Source of the DNA: Spirochaetota bacterium
GTDB lineage: Bacteria > Spirochaetota > UBA6919 > CBDBPB01
Reading direction: 5' to 3'
Assembly: GCA_965208615.1 (NCBI GenBank)
Contig: CBDBPB010000008.1
Span: 78,331 to 142,330, forward strand
Length of the DNA: 64,000 nucleotides
The notes beneath the pieces are model-generated. The model was given only the letters and a program-made list of their open reading frames with translations, had not been told where the DNA came from and ran no database searches. Every line of letters starts with the position of its first letter. The stretch's first letter is position 1. A program made the position numbers and the translations under genes. Positions 48,071 through 57,763 of this stretch are shown piece after piece.

Positions 48071-49642
48071 ATGTCATACAAGGTTATAGCAAGAAAGTGG
48101 AGACCTCAATCCCTTGAGCAGGTTATAGGACAAGACCATATTACTAAATCCCTTAAAAATAGTTTATTATCAAAAAAGATTGCTCATGCCTATCTATTTT
48201 CTGGACCAAGAGGTGTAGGAAAAACTTCTGTAGCTAGAATACTTGCTAAATCCTTAACCTGTGAAAAAGGTATATGCGAAATAGCCTGTCAGAAATGTAG
48301 TAACTGTATTGAAATTACAAATGGTACTTCCTATGACATACTAGAGATTGATGGTGCATCAAATAGGGGAATAGATCAAATTAGAGAACTAAGAGATAAT
48401 GTAAAATATCTTCCCAATAAAAGCAGGTTTAAAATCTTTATTATTGATGAAGTACACATGCTTACTGATCCCGCATTTAATGCTCTACTTAAAACCCTTG
48501 AAGAACCTCCTAAACATATTATTTTTATTTTTGCTACTACAGAACCACATAAAGTTAAAATTACCATTCGTTCAAGATGTCAGCATTATCACTTTAAACA
48601 TATTCCTATAAATACAATGCAAAAGCATATTGAAAAAATAGCTCTTGATGAAAATGTTATAATTGATAAAAATGCTTTATTTAAAATTGCTAAGATTGCT
48701 GATGGCTCCATGAGAGATGGACAAAGCCTTTTGGATCAACTTATTGCTTATTGTAATAATGAAAGAATTACTGCTGAAAAGGTTGAGGAGTTGTTAGGTG
48801 TTTTTTCTGAAAAGTATTATATAGAGTTTATTAGTTTATTAGTCAAAAAGGATACTATTGGCTTGGTTAAGCTATTGTCGTCTATCAGAGACGGCGGAAA
48901 AGACTTAATAACATATTCTGCTGAGCTTGTTAGCTATTTTAGAAACCTGTTTATACTAAAAAAAACTGATGAAAATGAAAGCTCATTATTAGGCATATCC
49001 GATGAAGATATAAAAAACCTCCCTGAGTTTGTAGGATGCTTTACTGATAAACAACTAATTGACATTATAAACTTAATAATAAGCCTAAATCAAGAGCTAA
49101 AAAAGGCTACTAATCAAAACTATTTATTCGAGTCCTATCTATTTAGACTAGTGGGTTATGAAGATTTTATACACCCTTCTACAATTATAAAGAAAATTGA
49201 GGATTTAGAACAAAAGTTATCAGATGCTAGCCCGTCTTTGGAGGTGGAAGAGCTTACTATAAAAAGTAATAATATTTCTGAGGAATCAAAAAATACTTAT
49301 AATAAAATAACTCTAGATAAAGAAAGTAAAGACTGGAAAAGCTTTATAAGTGCTATTAAGGATAAAAAACCATTTTTATCCAGTTATCTTGAACAAGCAC
49401 AATTGACCATTGACAAAAACCAGCTTCTAATTAGCTTTAAGGAACCATTATACTATGAAGAAGTTTCAAAAAAAGAAAATATTGATAAGCTAAAGGATAT
49501 TTTTAATATTGTATTCAATAGAAATATTGACATAAGGGTTATTATAAAAGACTCTGAAGATAATAACAGTGTTCCAAATGGCCATAACAGGCAGTCTATG
49601 ATTTCTTCTGTAATAAAGTCGTTTAAAGGAGAGATTGTATAA
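48071..49642 (+). CDS. dnaX: DNA polymerase III gamma/tau subunit
   Basis: ARKWRPQ, GPRGVGKTS, DEVHML and FNALLKTLEEPP motifs. Confidence 0.98.
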   Translation: MSYKVIARKWRPQSLEQVIGQDHITKSLKNSLLSKKIAHAYLFSGPRGVGKTSVARILAKSLTCEKGICEIACQKCSNCIEITNGTSYDILEIDGASNRGIDQIRELRDNVKYLPNKSRFKIFIIDEVHMLTDPAFNALLKTLEEPPKHIIFIFATTEPHKVKITIRSRCQHYHFKHIPINTMQKHIEKIALDENVIIDKNALFKIAKIADGSMRDGQSLLDQLIAYCNNERITAEKVEELLGVFSEKYYIEFISLLVKKDTIGLVKLLSSIRDGGKDLITYSAELVSYFRNLFILKKTDENESSLLGISDEDIKNLPEFVGCFTDKQLIDIINLIISLNQELKKATNQNYLFESYLFRLVGYEDFIHPSTIIKKIEDLEQKLSDASPSLEVEELTIKSNNISEESKNTYNKITLDKESKDWKSFISAIKDKKPFLSSYLEQAQLTIDKNQLLISFKEPLYYEEVSKKENIDKLKDIFNIVFNRNIDIRVIIKDSEDNNSVPNGHNRQSMISSVIKSFKGEIV

Positions 49643-49711
49643 GTTAGTTTATGGGGCAGTTTATTGGCTTAATTTTATTGTTTATATTATAGTTTAAATT
49701 AGGAGAATATA

Positions 49712-50044
49712 ATGAAAGGTCAAATGAAAAATATGATGAAGCAAATGCAGGAAATGCAGGCTAAAATGAAAGAAGTCCAAGATGGACTTGCTGAACAGGA
49801 GGTTGAAGCGTCTGCTGGAGGAGATATGGTAATTGTTAAAGTTAATGGACATCAAATGGTTAAGAGTATTAAAATTAGCTCTGAAGTCGTTAATCCTGAT
49901 GACATTGAGATGCTTGAAGACTTAGTTTTAGCGGCTGTTAATGAGGGAATTAAAAAAGCTGGTGAATTAGCCTCAAAAGAAATGGGAAAAGTTACCGGAG
50001 GTATAGACTTAAACGGTATTCCTGGTCTTGGAGGCATTTCTTAG
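49712..50044 (+). CDS. ybaB: YbaB/EbfC nucleoid-associated protein
   Basis: ASAGGDMV and DIEMLEDLVLAAVN motifs; dnaX-recR context. Confidence 0.95.
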   Translation: MKGQMKNMMKQMQEMQAKMKEVQDGLAEQEVEASAGGDMVIVKVNGHQMVKSIKISSEVVNPDDIEMLEDLVLAAVNEGIKKAGELASKEMGKVTGGIDLNGIPGLGGIS

Positions 50045-50046
50045 TA

Positions 50047-50652
50047 ATGGGGTATTATCCTACTTCTCTTGAAAAGCTGATTATTGAGTTTTCAAGGTTT
50101 TCTGGTGTGGGACAAAGGAGCGCTGAAAAGATGGCTTTTAATATTTTAAAATGGAATAATAAAGAGGTTGAAAATCTTTGTGAAGTATTATTAGCCCTAA
50201 AAGAGAAGGTTACTTTTTGTAAAAAATGTTTTAACATTACAGAAGAAGATGAGTGTATTATTTGTAAAGACATACACAGAGATCGAAAAACTATTTGTGT
50301 TGTGGAAAAGTTTAAGGATGTTATTAGCATTGAAAAAACTCATGAGTATAAAGGTTTATATCATATATTACAGGGGCATTTATCTCCTATAAAGGGAATA
50401 GGCCCAGATGACCTTACTATTAAGGAATTAATTAGTCGTATAAAATTATTAAAGATTTCTGAGGTTATTATTGCCACAAACCCTAATATTGAAGGTGATG
50501 CAACTTCATTATATTTAGCTGATGTTTTAAAACCTTTATCGATAAAGGTAACCAGGGTTGCAAGAGGACTACCTATTGGAGGAGACCTTGAATTTGCTGA
50601 TCCTATTACTCTTTCTAGATCCATAGTGAAAAGAGAAGACTTTAATCTTTAA
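50047..50652 (+). CDS. recR: Recombination mediator RecR
   Basis: C4 zinc finger, ICVVE, ATNPNIEGDAT and ARGLPIGGDLEF motifs. Confidence 0.98.
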   Translation: MGYYPTSLEKLIIEFSRFSGVGQRSAEKMAFNILKWNNKEVENLCEVLLALKEKVTFCKKCFNITEEDECIICKDIHRDRKTICVVEKFKDVISIEKTHEYKGLYHILQGHLSPIKGIGPDDLTIKELISRIKLLKISEVIIATNPNIEGDATSLYLADVLKPLSIKVTRVARGLPIGGDLEFADPITLSRSIVKREDFNL

Positions 50653-50774
50653 TCTATACTATAACTACTTATCAACTAAAAAAATAAAAAAAACATGATT
50701 TTATAAAAAGCTCTATTTATAGTTTCATCTATTTTAATGTGTTATATATAAAAAGTGCTTATGGGTTAAAGTCA

Positions 50775-51119
50775 ATGAATATAAATGAAAAAAGACTTGA
50801 CAAAAGGTTAACAGGATTTTGGAGAACTTTTAGAGATGGTTCATTGTGGGGTTATGTGCTTGACATTAGTAGTAGCGGTATAAAAATGATTCTTAACAAA
50901 AAGGAACATATAGTAGAGGATAGCTTTAGTATAGAAATATACCCTCCTGATGACTATCACAGTGAATCCATAGAGATTTCAGTAAAGAAAGCTTGGGTTA
51001 AAAAAATAGATGAGCTGTTTGATGAAGTAGGATGTTATTTTCTTGACTTAAGTCCAAAAGAAGAAGATATGATTAATAAGCTGGTTAACTTTTTTGAAAG
51101 TTACGATAAAAGTGATTAA
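50775..51119 (+). CDS. PilZ-domain protein (candidate c-di-GMP receptor)
   Basis: EKRLDKR (RxxxR) and LDISSSG (DxSxxG) motifs; ATG at 50775 preferred as start. Confidence 0.75.
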   Translation: MNINEKRLDKRLTGFWRTFRDGSLWGYVLDISSSGIKMILNKKEHIVEDSFSIEIYPPDDYHSESIEISVKKAWVKKIDELFDEVGCYFLDLSPKEEDMINKLVNFFESYDKSD

Positions 51120-51317
51120 TTTATTAGTTAGTGTTTTTTATTTATTGCTATTTTTATTCAGCATAATCAACATTAAATACTTTATAAAGATAGTTAATTT
51201 TAGAATTGCCAAAACCGAATATATATAAAAGTTTAGATACTTTTTATACGGCTTTTGTAAAAGTTGTTAACTATATTTGTGTTTCTTAAACAAATTAAAT
51301 AATAAAGGAATTTTATA

Positions 51318-52175
51318 ATGAAAAGATTATTGCTGATTACTATGACTATACTTAGTATTTTATTAGTTGCTAATATAGTATTTACTGAAGAAGATAAAGA
51401 TGCAAATATTATTACCTCTGTTATTGATGGCTTTGAAGAAGAAAATGCATGGAATATACATTTTTCTAGATTTAGATCTCACTCATGGAAACAGGGTGAT
51501 AATAGTCGTATGCCATCTAATAAGTGGATTAAGTGGATTAAGGCTGATGATAATCAAATAGACTATATGGGAAAACATATTCTATCAGCCAGCGTAGGCA
51601 GGAAGCAAGAGTTAACTGGTGAAAAAACAATATTAGCTGTTAGAGCCAATTGGGATCAAAAAGGTCAAAATTGGCTAAACCTGGAACCATCAAATAGACG
51701 TCTCGCAAAACAAAATATAGGAAATGAACTGTTGGGTCATCAATTAAAGCTTAAAAATGAACTTGATCCAGAAACCTATATTCTTTTGAGCGGTAAGACT
51801 AAAAAAATCTTATGTTATTTTTGGGGTATGGGGTATAATTATAAAGCCGAAGTCCATATAATGGATTATAAAGGAAATACCTTTATAATAAGTGGGGGAC
51901 ATCTTAATTTTGCAGGCTGGAAAAACCTCGAATTTAAGATACCTCGTTTTATTAAGCAATTTAGTCCTTATCTTCCTATAACTCGTCCTTTAAAACTCGT
52001 AAGGATTAAAATATTAGCTGCTCCTGGCTCAGAAAATCAAGGTTTTTTTACCTATCTTGACTACTTACACGCAAAAACTGATATTTATGCTAAATATTTT
52101 AGAGGAAAATATTTAGAACGTAATCATATCTATTGGAATAAAAAACAATCCTCTAATAAAACCAATAAAAAATAG
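51318..52175 (+). CDS. flaA: Flagellar filament outer-layer (sheath) protein, FlaA family
   Basis: Signal peptide; IDGFE, WGMGYNY, DYKG, HLNFAGWKNLEFKIP and FFTYLD resemble spirochaete FlaA. Confidence 0.75.
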   Translation: MKRLLLITMTILSILLVANIVFTEEDKDANIITSVIDGFEEENAWNIHFSRFRSHSWKQGDNSRMPSNKWIKWIKADDNQIDYMGKHILSASVGRKQELTGEKTILAVRANWDQKGQNWLNLEPSNRRLAKQNIGNELLGHQLKLKNELDPETYILLSGKTKKILCYFWGMGYNYKAEVHIMDYKGNTFIISGGHLNFAGWKNLEFKIPRFIKQFSPYLPITRPLKLVRIKILAAPGSENQGFFTYLDYLHAKTDIYAKYFRGKYLERNHIYWNKKQSSNKTNKK

Positions 52176-52197
52176 ATAAAAGATATTATAATTGTTA

Positions 52198-52246
52198 TTT
52201 TCTATGCTAATATAAAAATTAATATAAAAAATATTAGCATAGAAAA
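52198..52246. terminator. 16-bp perfect inverted repeat downstream of flaA (terminator-like hairpin)
   Basis: ttttctatgctaatat-N17-atattagcatagaaaa. Confidence 0.6.
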
Positions 52247-52364
52247 ATATTATGACATTAACCTAAAAAGCCTTTCAAAGTAAAATAAGATAATTAAAAT
52301 AAAAAATATATTTTTTTTTATAAATATTTTTTTGACATTCAGTAAATATTTTTTACCTTATTAG

Positions 52365-53297
52365 ATGAAACTCGAATCCAAGGAGTATAAAATGTTAAAA
52401 ATAAATTCACTAATAATAGGATTTTTTATTTCAATACTAATAAATAATTATTCATCAGCAGGTAATGATAAACCTATTAAGCTATATAGTTCTGATGATG
52501 GATTTGAAGTATATTCAAGCGGATATGAGGTTAGAGATATCAAAGGAAAAAAAACCTTTATTCACTATTTCCTACTTAAAAATAATACAGATAAAGAACG
52601 TGAACTTAGTATATATCCTGGTTTTTCTATGCATGATGATATAGGTAATTCATACATTAAGCAACTAGTGTATATGAGGGATGGTAAACACCTTAAGCGT
52701 TCTAGACATACTGATAAAGTTGCACCAAAAAGCTGGATTAAGGCTGGTATAGTTATTAAAGGTTTTGATCCAAAGTGTAACTATCTTAAGGTTAAATATA
52801 CTTTTGGCTATAGTGGAGAATATACTTTTTATAAAAAGTTCAAAAATAATAAACCTAAAATTACTACTACTAAGCCGTCTGATATTCCTATTACTAAAAA
52901 ATCTGATAAACCCATTATAAAAGACAGAATTAAAAAAAGTGATAAAAAAGTTACTATTGATAGTCTTGATTTTGAAATCAAAGAAAAGCAGTTCTCACAA
53001 GACTTCTCTATAAAGAATAATACTGATAAAAAGCAAACTATTATAATCAGTAATATTGCTTATATAAACGATGATCTAGGTAATAAATTTGACTCTACAT
53101 CTCTTTATATAAATAATAAGGTGGTTAGTATTGTTAATAATATGTCAATCACCTTACTCCCTGGAGAAGACAAAAAGATTAAAATTAAAATAAACGGCTT
53201 TGATTCGAATTGTAAGACATTTAAAGCTAGATATGCCTTTAAATTGCCATCCAATAAAGAATATAGTATTATGTTTGTGGACTATGAAAATAAATAA
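52365..53297 (+). CDS. Exported protein with two tandem Ig-like domains
   Basis: KNNTDK...DD(I/L)GN...GFD..C..(L/F)K..Y.F occurs twice, joined by a Lys/Pro/Thr linker. Confidence 0.6.
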   Translation: MKLESKEYKMLKINSLIIGFFISILINNYSSAGNDKPIKLYSSDDGFEVYSSGYEVRDIKGKKTFIHYFLLKNNTDKERELSIYPGFSMHDDIGNSYIKQLVYMRDGKHLKRSRHTDKVAPKSWIKAGIVIKGFDPKCNYLKVKYTFGYSGEYTFYKKFKNNKPKITTTKPSDIPITKKSDKPIIKDRIKKSDKKVTIDSLDFEIKEKQFSQDFSIKNNTDKKQTIIISNIAYINDDLGNKFDSTSLYINNKVVSIVNNMSITLLPGEDKKIKIKINGFDSNCKTFKARYAFKLPSNKEYSIMFVDYENK

Positions 53298-53316
53298 CTA
53301 AATTGTGGTGGAATAG

Positions 53317-54597
53317 TTAGTTTTTATTAACTTCGTATTCCACTGCATGCTTAACTCCCTTTTCTTCATTTATCCATAGAGTTAGAATTAGCCCCAGTAA
53401 AAAAAAGCATAGAGTAGAAAGAAGTGCCAACTGTTGAGAATTCGTTATATAACTAAGAAATCCAAATAAATATATGCCTAATACAGATGATAACTTACCA
53501 AAAAACCCCCAAAAACCATAGAACTCGGAAGACTTACTTAAAGGACTAAAAAGACCTACCATAGCTCTAGTTGCAGATTGCGTATTACCAATACCAATAC
53601 CAGCAATACAAGCTAATATCCAGAATATTAGTTTTGTTTGAGCTAAATAAATACCCCCTATAACAATAACCCACATAAAAAGTGCAATAATAAGGGTATT
53701 TTTTCCAGTAATCTTATCCTCTATAATACCAAAAACGAAGGCTCCAAAAGCGGATGATATATTTATCATAATTATTAATAATATTAGCTCTTCATTAGAA
53801 AAGTTAAACGTTTTTTGTGCATAATTTGACGAAAAAGATATTACAGTAATAAGTCCGGCATAATAAAAAAAATAGCTAATTAGTAATTTTACTAACTCTT
53901 TAAATGCCATTATATTACGAAATGTGTTTAAAATACGACCATAACCAATACGAAAATAACTAGTTATATGGATATGCCTTATAGTTTTTTTGTCTTCTTT
54001 TAGCCACATAAAAGTAGGAATAGCGGATAACCCAAAGAAAATAGCTGTAAATAAAAAAGTTAACCTAATAGAATAAACGTTATCACCAAAAAACTTGACA
54101 ATAATTATTGAAACTAATAAAGCTAATATTCCTCCAATATATCCAAAGCCCCATCCAAAGCCGGATACTCTACCTATTTTATCATGACTTGCAATGTAGG
54201 GAAGAAAAGAGGATATAAGGTTCTCACCCAAAGAAAAACAAATATTCGATAGTATAAAAAATATAATTGCAATTAAAATATCCCCGTTACTGACTAGGTA
54301 TAAAAGAGCTGTAAACAATATACAGCCTATATATGTTATAAATAAAAACTTTTTCTTTTGTGAGGCAAAGTCAGCCATAGTCCCAATAATGGGTGAGACT
54401 AAAGCCACAATTAAATATGATATAGAAAGAGTTATACCCCAAAGATTTTCACCTCTATTGCTGATATTATCTCCAACAACAGTATTTATAAAGTATCTGC
54501 CAAACATAGTAGTTATTATTATTGTGGTATAGCTTGAGTTAGCGAAGTCAAACATTGCCCAGCCAAAGACTTCTTTAGTTAAAATATTTTTTTTCAT
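53317..54597 (-). CDS. MFS transporter, ATG22/UMF1 family
   Basis: GWAMFDFANS, GRVSGFGWGFGYIG and SSEFYGF motifs; about 12 TMs. Confidence 0.92.
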   Translation of the reverse strand: MKKNILTKEVFGWAMFDFANSSYTTIIITTMFGRYFINTVVGDNISNRGENLWGITLSISYLIVALVSPIIGTMADFASQKKKFLFITYIGCILFTALLYLVSNGDILIAIIFFILSNICFSLGENLISSFLPYIASHDKIGRVSGFGWGFGYIGGILALLVSIIIVKFFGDNVYSIRLTFLFTAIFFGLSAIPTFMWLKEDKKTIRHIHITSYFRIGYGRILNTFRNIMAFKELVKLLISYFFYYAGLITVISFSSNYAQKTFNFSNEELILLIIMINISSAFGAFVFGIIEDKITGKNTLIIALFMWVIVIGGIYLAQTKLIFWILACIAGIGIGNTQSATRAMVGLFSPLSKSSEFYGFWGFFGKLSSVLGIYLFGFLSYITNSQQLALLSTLCFFLLGLILTLWINEEKGVKHAVEYEVNKN

Positions 54598-54746
54598 AAC
54601 ATTAGTATATCTAAATATGAAAGTGCATTTTTCTTACAAATATTTACCTAAACCTTTAGGATATTTATTATTTATTGTTCAAACATAATAAAAAGCATGG
54701 ATAATTTAACAATTTAAAAAAGCTTATTATTTATAATAAATTTTAC

Positions 54747-55045
54747 TTATGATAAAACATATAACGCAAGGATAAAGACATTTTGTTTTTTTTGTGGAAA
54801 AGAAAATTAAAATATTGAAGAAAAACTTAATTCCTAATAAGACATATTATTTTAATATGCTTCTCTAATACTGTAAACATAGTTTAACTATTAAAAAATT
54901 TAATTTTTTATAGCTAATACATAATGTCAGCAAGTATTAAGAAACAGTAACTAAAACTAAAAACTACATAATAAATCAAGGGTCATTATCTTATAGTTAT
55001 AGCAAAGACTATATAAGGTCAATTTTATATTCGACCTTAAAGTAA
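54747..55045 (+). repeat. Diverged third copy of the dispersed element (segment C)
   Basis: catataacgcaaggata, tttgtggaaaagaaaattaaaatatt, tattaagaaacagtaactaaaactaaaaacta and tcgaccttaa are colinear with 11695-11998 and 45303-45607. Confidence 0.6.
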
Positions 55046-55252
55046 TCTTGGTTATGCCTTTTAGGCTATGGTATATGGCACTCTAACAAAAAGATTAATA
55101 AATTAATTCTTTAATAATTGTTAAAAATAGATAGTCTTTATAGGGATAGTAATTTAAGACTAAATATAATAACGCTATAATGAACTAATTATTTTACAGT
55201 AAGTAAGTTAACTAAAGAACAACGGATAAGATCTCTTTACCTTATTACTAAG

Positions 55253-55714
55253 CTATCTGCCTATCTTATGGAGTTCAGGTAAGGATTCGTCTTCTTTTTT
55301 GTCTAGATCCTCTTTTTGGGTACCTTGTAAAAAAAATGTAGATGCTGTACCACTTTTAATATCACTAAAGAGTAATCCATATCCAAGAATAATAGTTTTT
55401 GATGCAATATAATTATTAAAATTATCAACCTTAACCACATCAATATCCTTATTACTTCTTAGATGCTCTAGGTTACGTCCATACCGTTTTATCCAGCCCA
55501 TTACAGTAACATTGCTCACACCCAACATACGCTCAATAAACTTGAATCCAAAGCCTTCTAAGTAGAGTAGTAAAGCCATTTTCTTTAACTCTCTTGCTCT
55601 CCCTCTTTCTAAAACAGTATAATTATATGAGCAACTCTTACAGCGATAACGTTGCCTATTATTAACTATACCATATTTTATATAATTAGACCCTTGACAC
55701 CTAGGACAGTTCAT
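55253..55714 (-). mobile_element. IS1-family InsA-like ORF (Zn ribbon + HTH); InsB frame destroyed
   Basis: CPRC..RQRYRCKSC and LYLEGFGFKFIERMLGVSNVTVMGW motifs; the -1 frame after AAAAAC reads KNYYSWIWITL* (InsB start remnant). Confidence 0.8.
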
Positions 55715-55973
55715 ATTAAATTATCCCCGTATTAATTTGATTTAATTAAATATACTAACGTTGAACTAAATAGTCAAAAGACTATAACCTTATACAGATA
55801 CTATATAACTAGTTGGTACTTATGTTAACTATATCTAAATACGACAAATAGTCAATATTAAATATATTAAAATTATTATTTATCTTAAAGAGATATAAGT
55901 AAATATAGCATTTTTTAAAAAAATAGCTATAAAATAAGCTTTTTATTTTATAAAATATAATACTGGAGGATAT

Positions 55974-57701
55974 GTGCTATTATCAAAACTACTACTGGCA
56001 ACTTTAAAAGAGATTCCATCAGATGCTAAAATAATCAGTCATAAGCTAATGCTACGTGCTGGACTAATAAGAAAAATATCCAGCGGACTGTATAACTACT
56101 TACCTTTGGGTACAAGGGTATTAAATAAGGTTACTCAAATAGTTAGAGAGGAAATGAATAACTTTGGTGCTCAGGAGGTAATATCCCCTATTTTATTACC
56201 AAAAGAACTTCTTAATATAAGCGGTAGGTATAAAGTTTTTGGAGATGATATGATGAGGGTTATTGATAGGCATAATAAAGAATATGCCCTTAGTCCCACT
56301 AATGAGGAGTCCATAACTGACCTTGTACGCCAGGAACTTAAGTCTTATAAAGAATTACCCCTAAACCTTTATCAGATAAACACTAAATTTCGTGATGAGA
56401 TACGCCCTCGTTTTGGTGTTCTTAGGACAAGAGAGTTCATTATGAAAGATGCTTATTCTTTCCACAGGGATGATAAGTGTCTTGATGAAATATATAATTT
56501 GATGTTTAAGGCTTATAAACAAATATTTAAGCGTTGTGGTCTTAATACTATAGCGGTTGATGCTGATTCTGGTGCTATGGGTGGACAAGGCTCCCAAGAG
56601 TTTATGGTTAGGAGTGAGGTAGGTGAAGAGACTATATTTGAGTGTAAGTGTAGATATATTGCAAATGCTGAGAAAGCTTATTGTGCTGAGGATAGTTTAT
56701 TGTCTGACTCTATGTTGGATAAAGAGATAGTTGATACTCCTAACTCTAAGACAATAGAAGAAGTAAGTCAGTTTATGAATACCTCTCCAAAGGCCTTTAT
56801 CAAAACCCTTATATATAAAATTGACAATAGGGATTTTATAATGGTATTAATCCGCGGTGATCTTGATGTTAACGATGTTAAGTTAAGTAATGCACTGGGT
56901 GGTAAAAGTGTTATTCTTGCTGATAATGATTTAATAGAGCAAAAGTTAAATATACCTGTAGGTTTTCTTGGTCCTGTTGATTGTAATATTAGCATTAATA
57001 TTTTAGCGGATAACTCTATAAAAAACATTGTTAACGGTATTACTGGAGCAAATATTAAAGATAAACACTATAAAAATATAAACATTAATAGGGATTTTAT
57101 CCCCAATACTGTTACTGATATTAGGCTTGTAAAAGAGGGAGATTTATGTCCTAGGTGTAATAGTAATCTTATGGCATTTAAGGGAGTTGAGGTTGGACAT
57201 ATATTTAAACTTGGTACTAAATATTCAAAAGCATTTGAGGTTAAGTATTTGGATGAGCATGGTAAAGATCAGATACCCACTATGGGTACTTATGGTATTG
57301 GTGTTAATCGTATCCCTGCGGCTGTTATTGAGCATAGTCATGATGATAATGGTATAATTTGGCCTATATCTATTGCTCCCTACGAGGTTATAATTGTCCC
57401 CATTAGCTGGACCAATAAAAAACAAAAAGAAACTGCTGTTAATATATATAATGAGCTTTTGTCCAAAAAGATAGATGTACTGCTGGATGATAGAGACTTA
57501 AGACCCGGGGTAAAGTTTAAGGATGCTGATTTAATTGGTATACCCATACGCATTAATGTTGGGGACAAGGCTTTAGCTAAAGGTTGTGTTGAGCTAAAGC
57601 TGAGGGATGAAAAAACTTTTAATTTGGTTAATATAACTGAGGCAGTTGATGAGATTATTAATATAATATCTGAGCGGATGAGTTTACTTAATAGGGGTTA
57701 G
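55974..57701 (+). CDS. proS: Prolyl-tRNA synthetase (with editing domain)
   Basis: LSPTNEE, KFRDEIRPRFG, REFIMKDAYSF, GHIFKLG and KFKDADLIG motifs. Confidence 0.98.
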   Translation: MLLSKLLLATLKEIPSDAKIISHKLMLRAGLIRKISSGLYNYLPLGTRVLNKVTQIVREEMNNFGAQEVISPILLPKELLNISGRYKVFGDDMMRVIDRHNKEYALSPTNEESITDLVRQELKSYKELPLNLYQINTKFRDEIRPRFGVLRTREFIMKDAYSFHRDDKCLDEIYNLMFKAYKQIFKRCGLNTIAVDADSGAMGGQGSQEFMVRSEVGEETIFECKCRYIANAEKAYCAEDSLLSDSMLDKEIVDTPNSKTIEEVSQFMNTSPKAFIKTLIYKIDNRDFIMVLIRGDLDVNDVKLSNALGGKSVILADNDLIEQKLNIPVGFLGPVDCNISINILADNSIKNIVNGITGANIKDKHYKNININRDFIPNTVTDIRLVKEGDLCPRCNSNLMAFKGVEVGHIFKLGTKYSKAFEVKYLDEHGKDQIPTMGTYGIGVNRIPAAVIEHSHDDNGIIWPISIAPYEVIIVPISWTNKKQKETAVNIYNELLSKKIDVLLDDRDLRPGVKFKDADLIGIPIRINVGDKALAKGCVELKLRDEKTFNLVNITEAVDEIINIISERMSLLNRG

Positions 57702-57763
57702 GGTGTATAGACAATAATATTTGCTATATAGAGTTCTTTTTAGGTTTTATGGGCTATTAGGAT

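Noticed and set aside
51190-51225. Sigma-28 promoter upstream of flaA
   Set aside because: Only a weak match (ttaa..N16..accgaata), not distinguishable from AT-rich background
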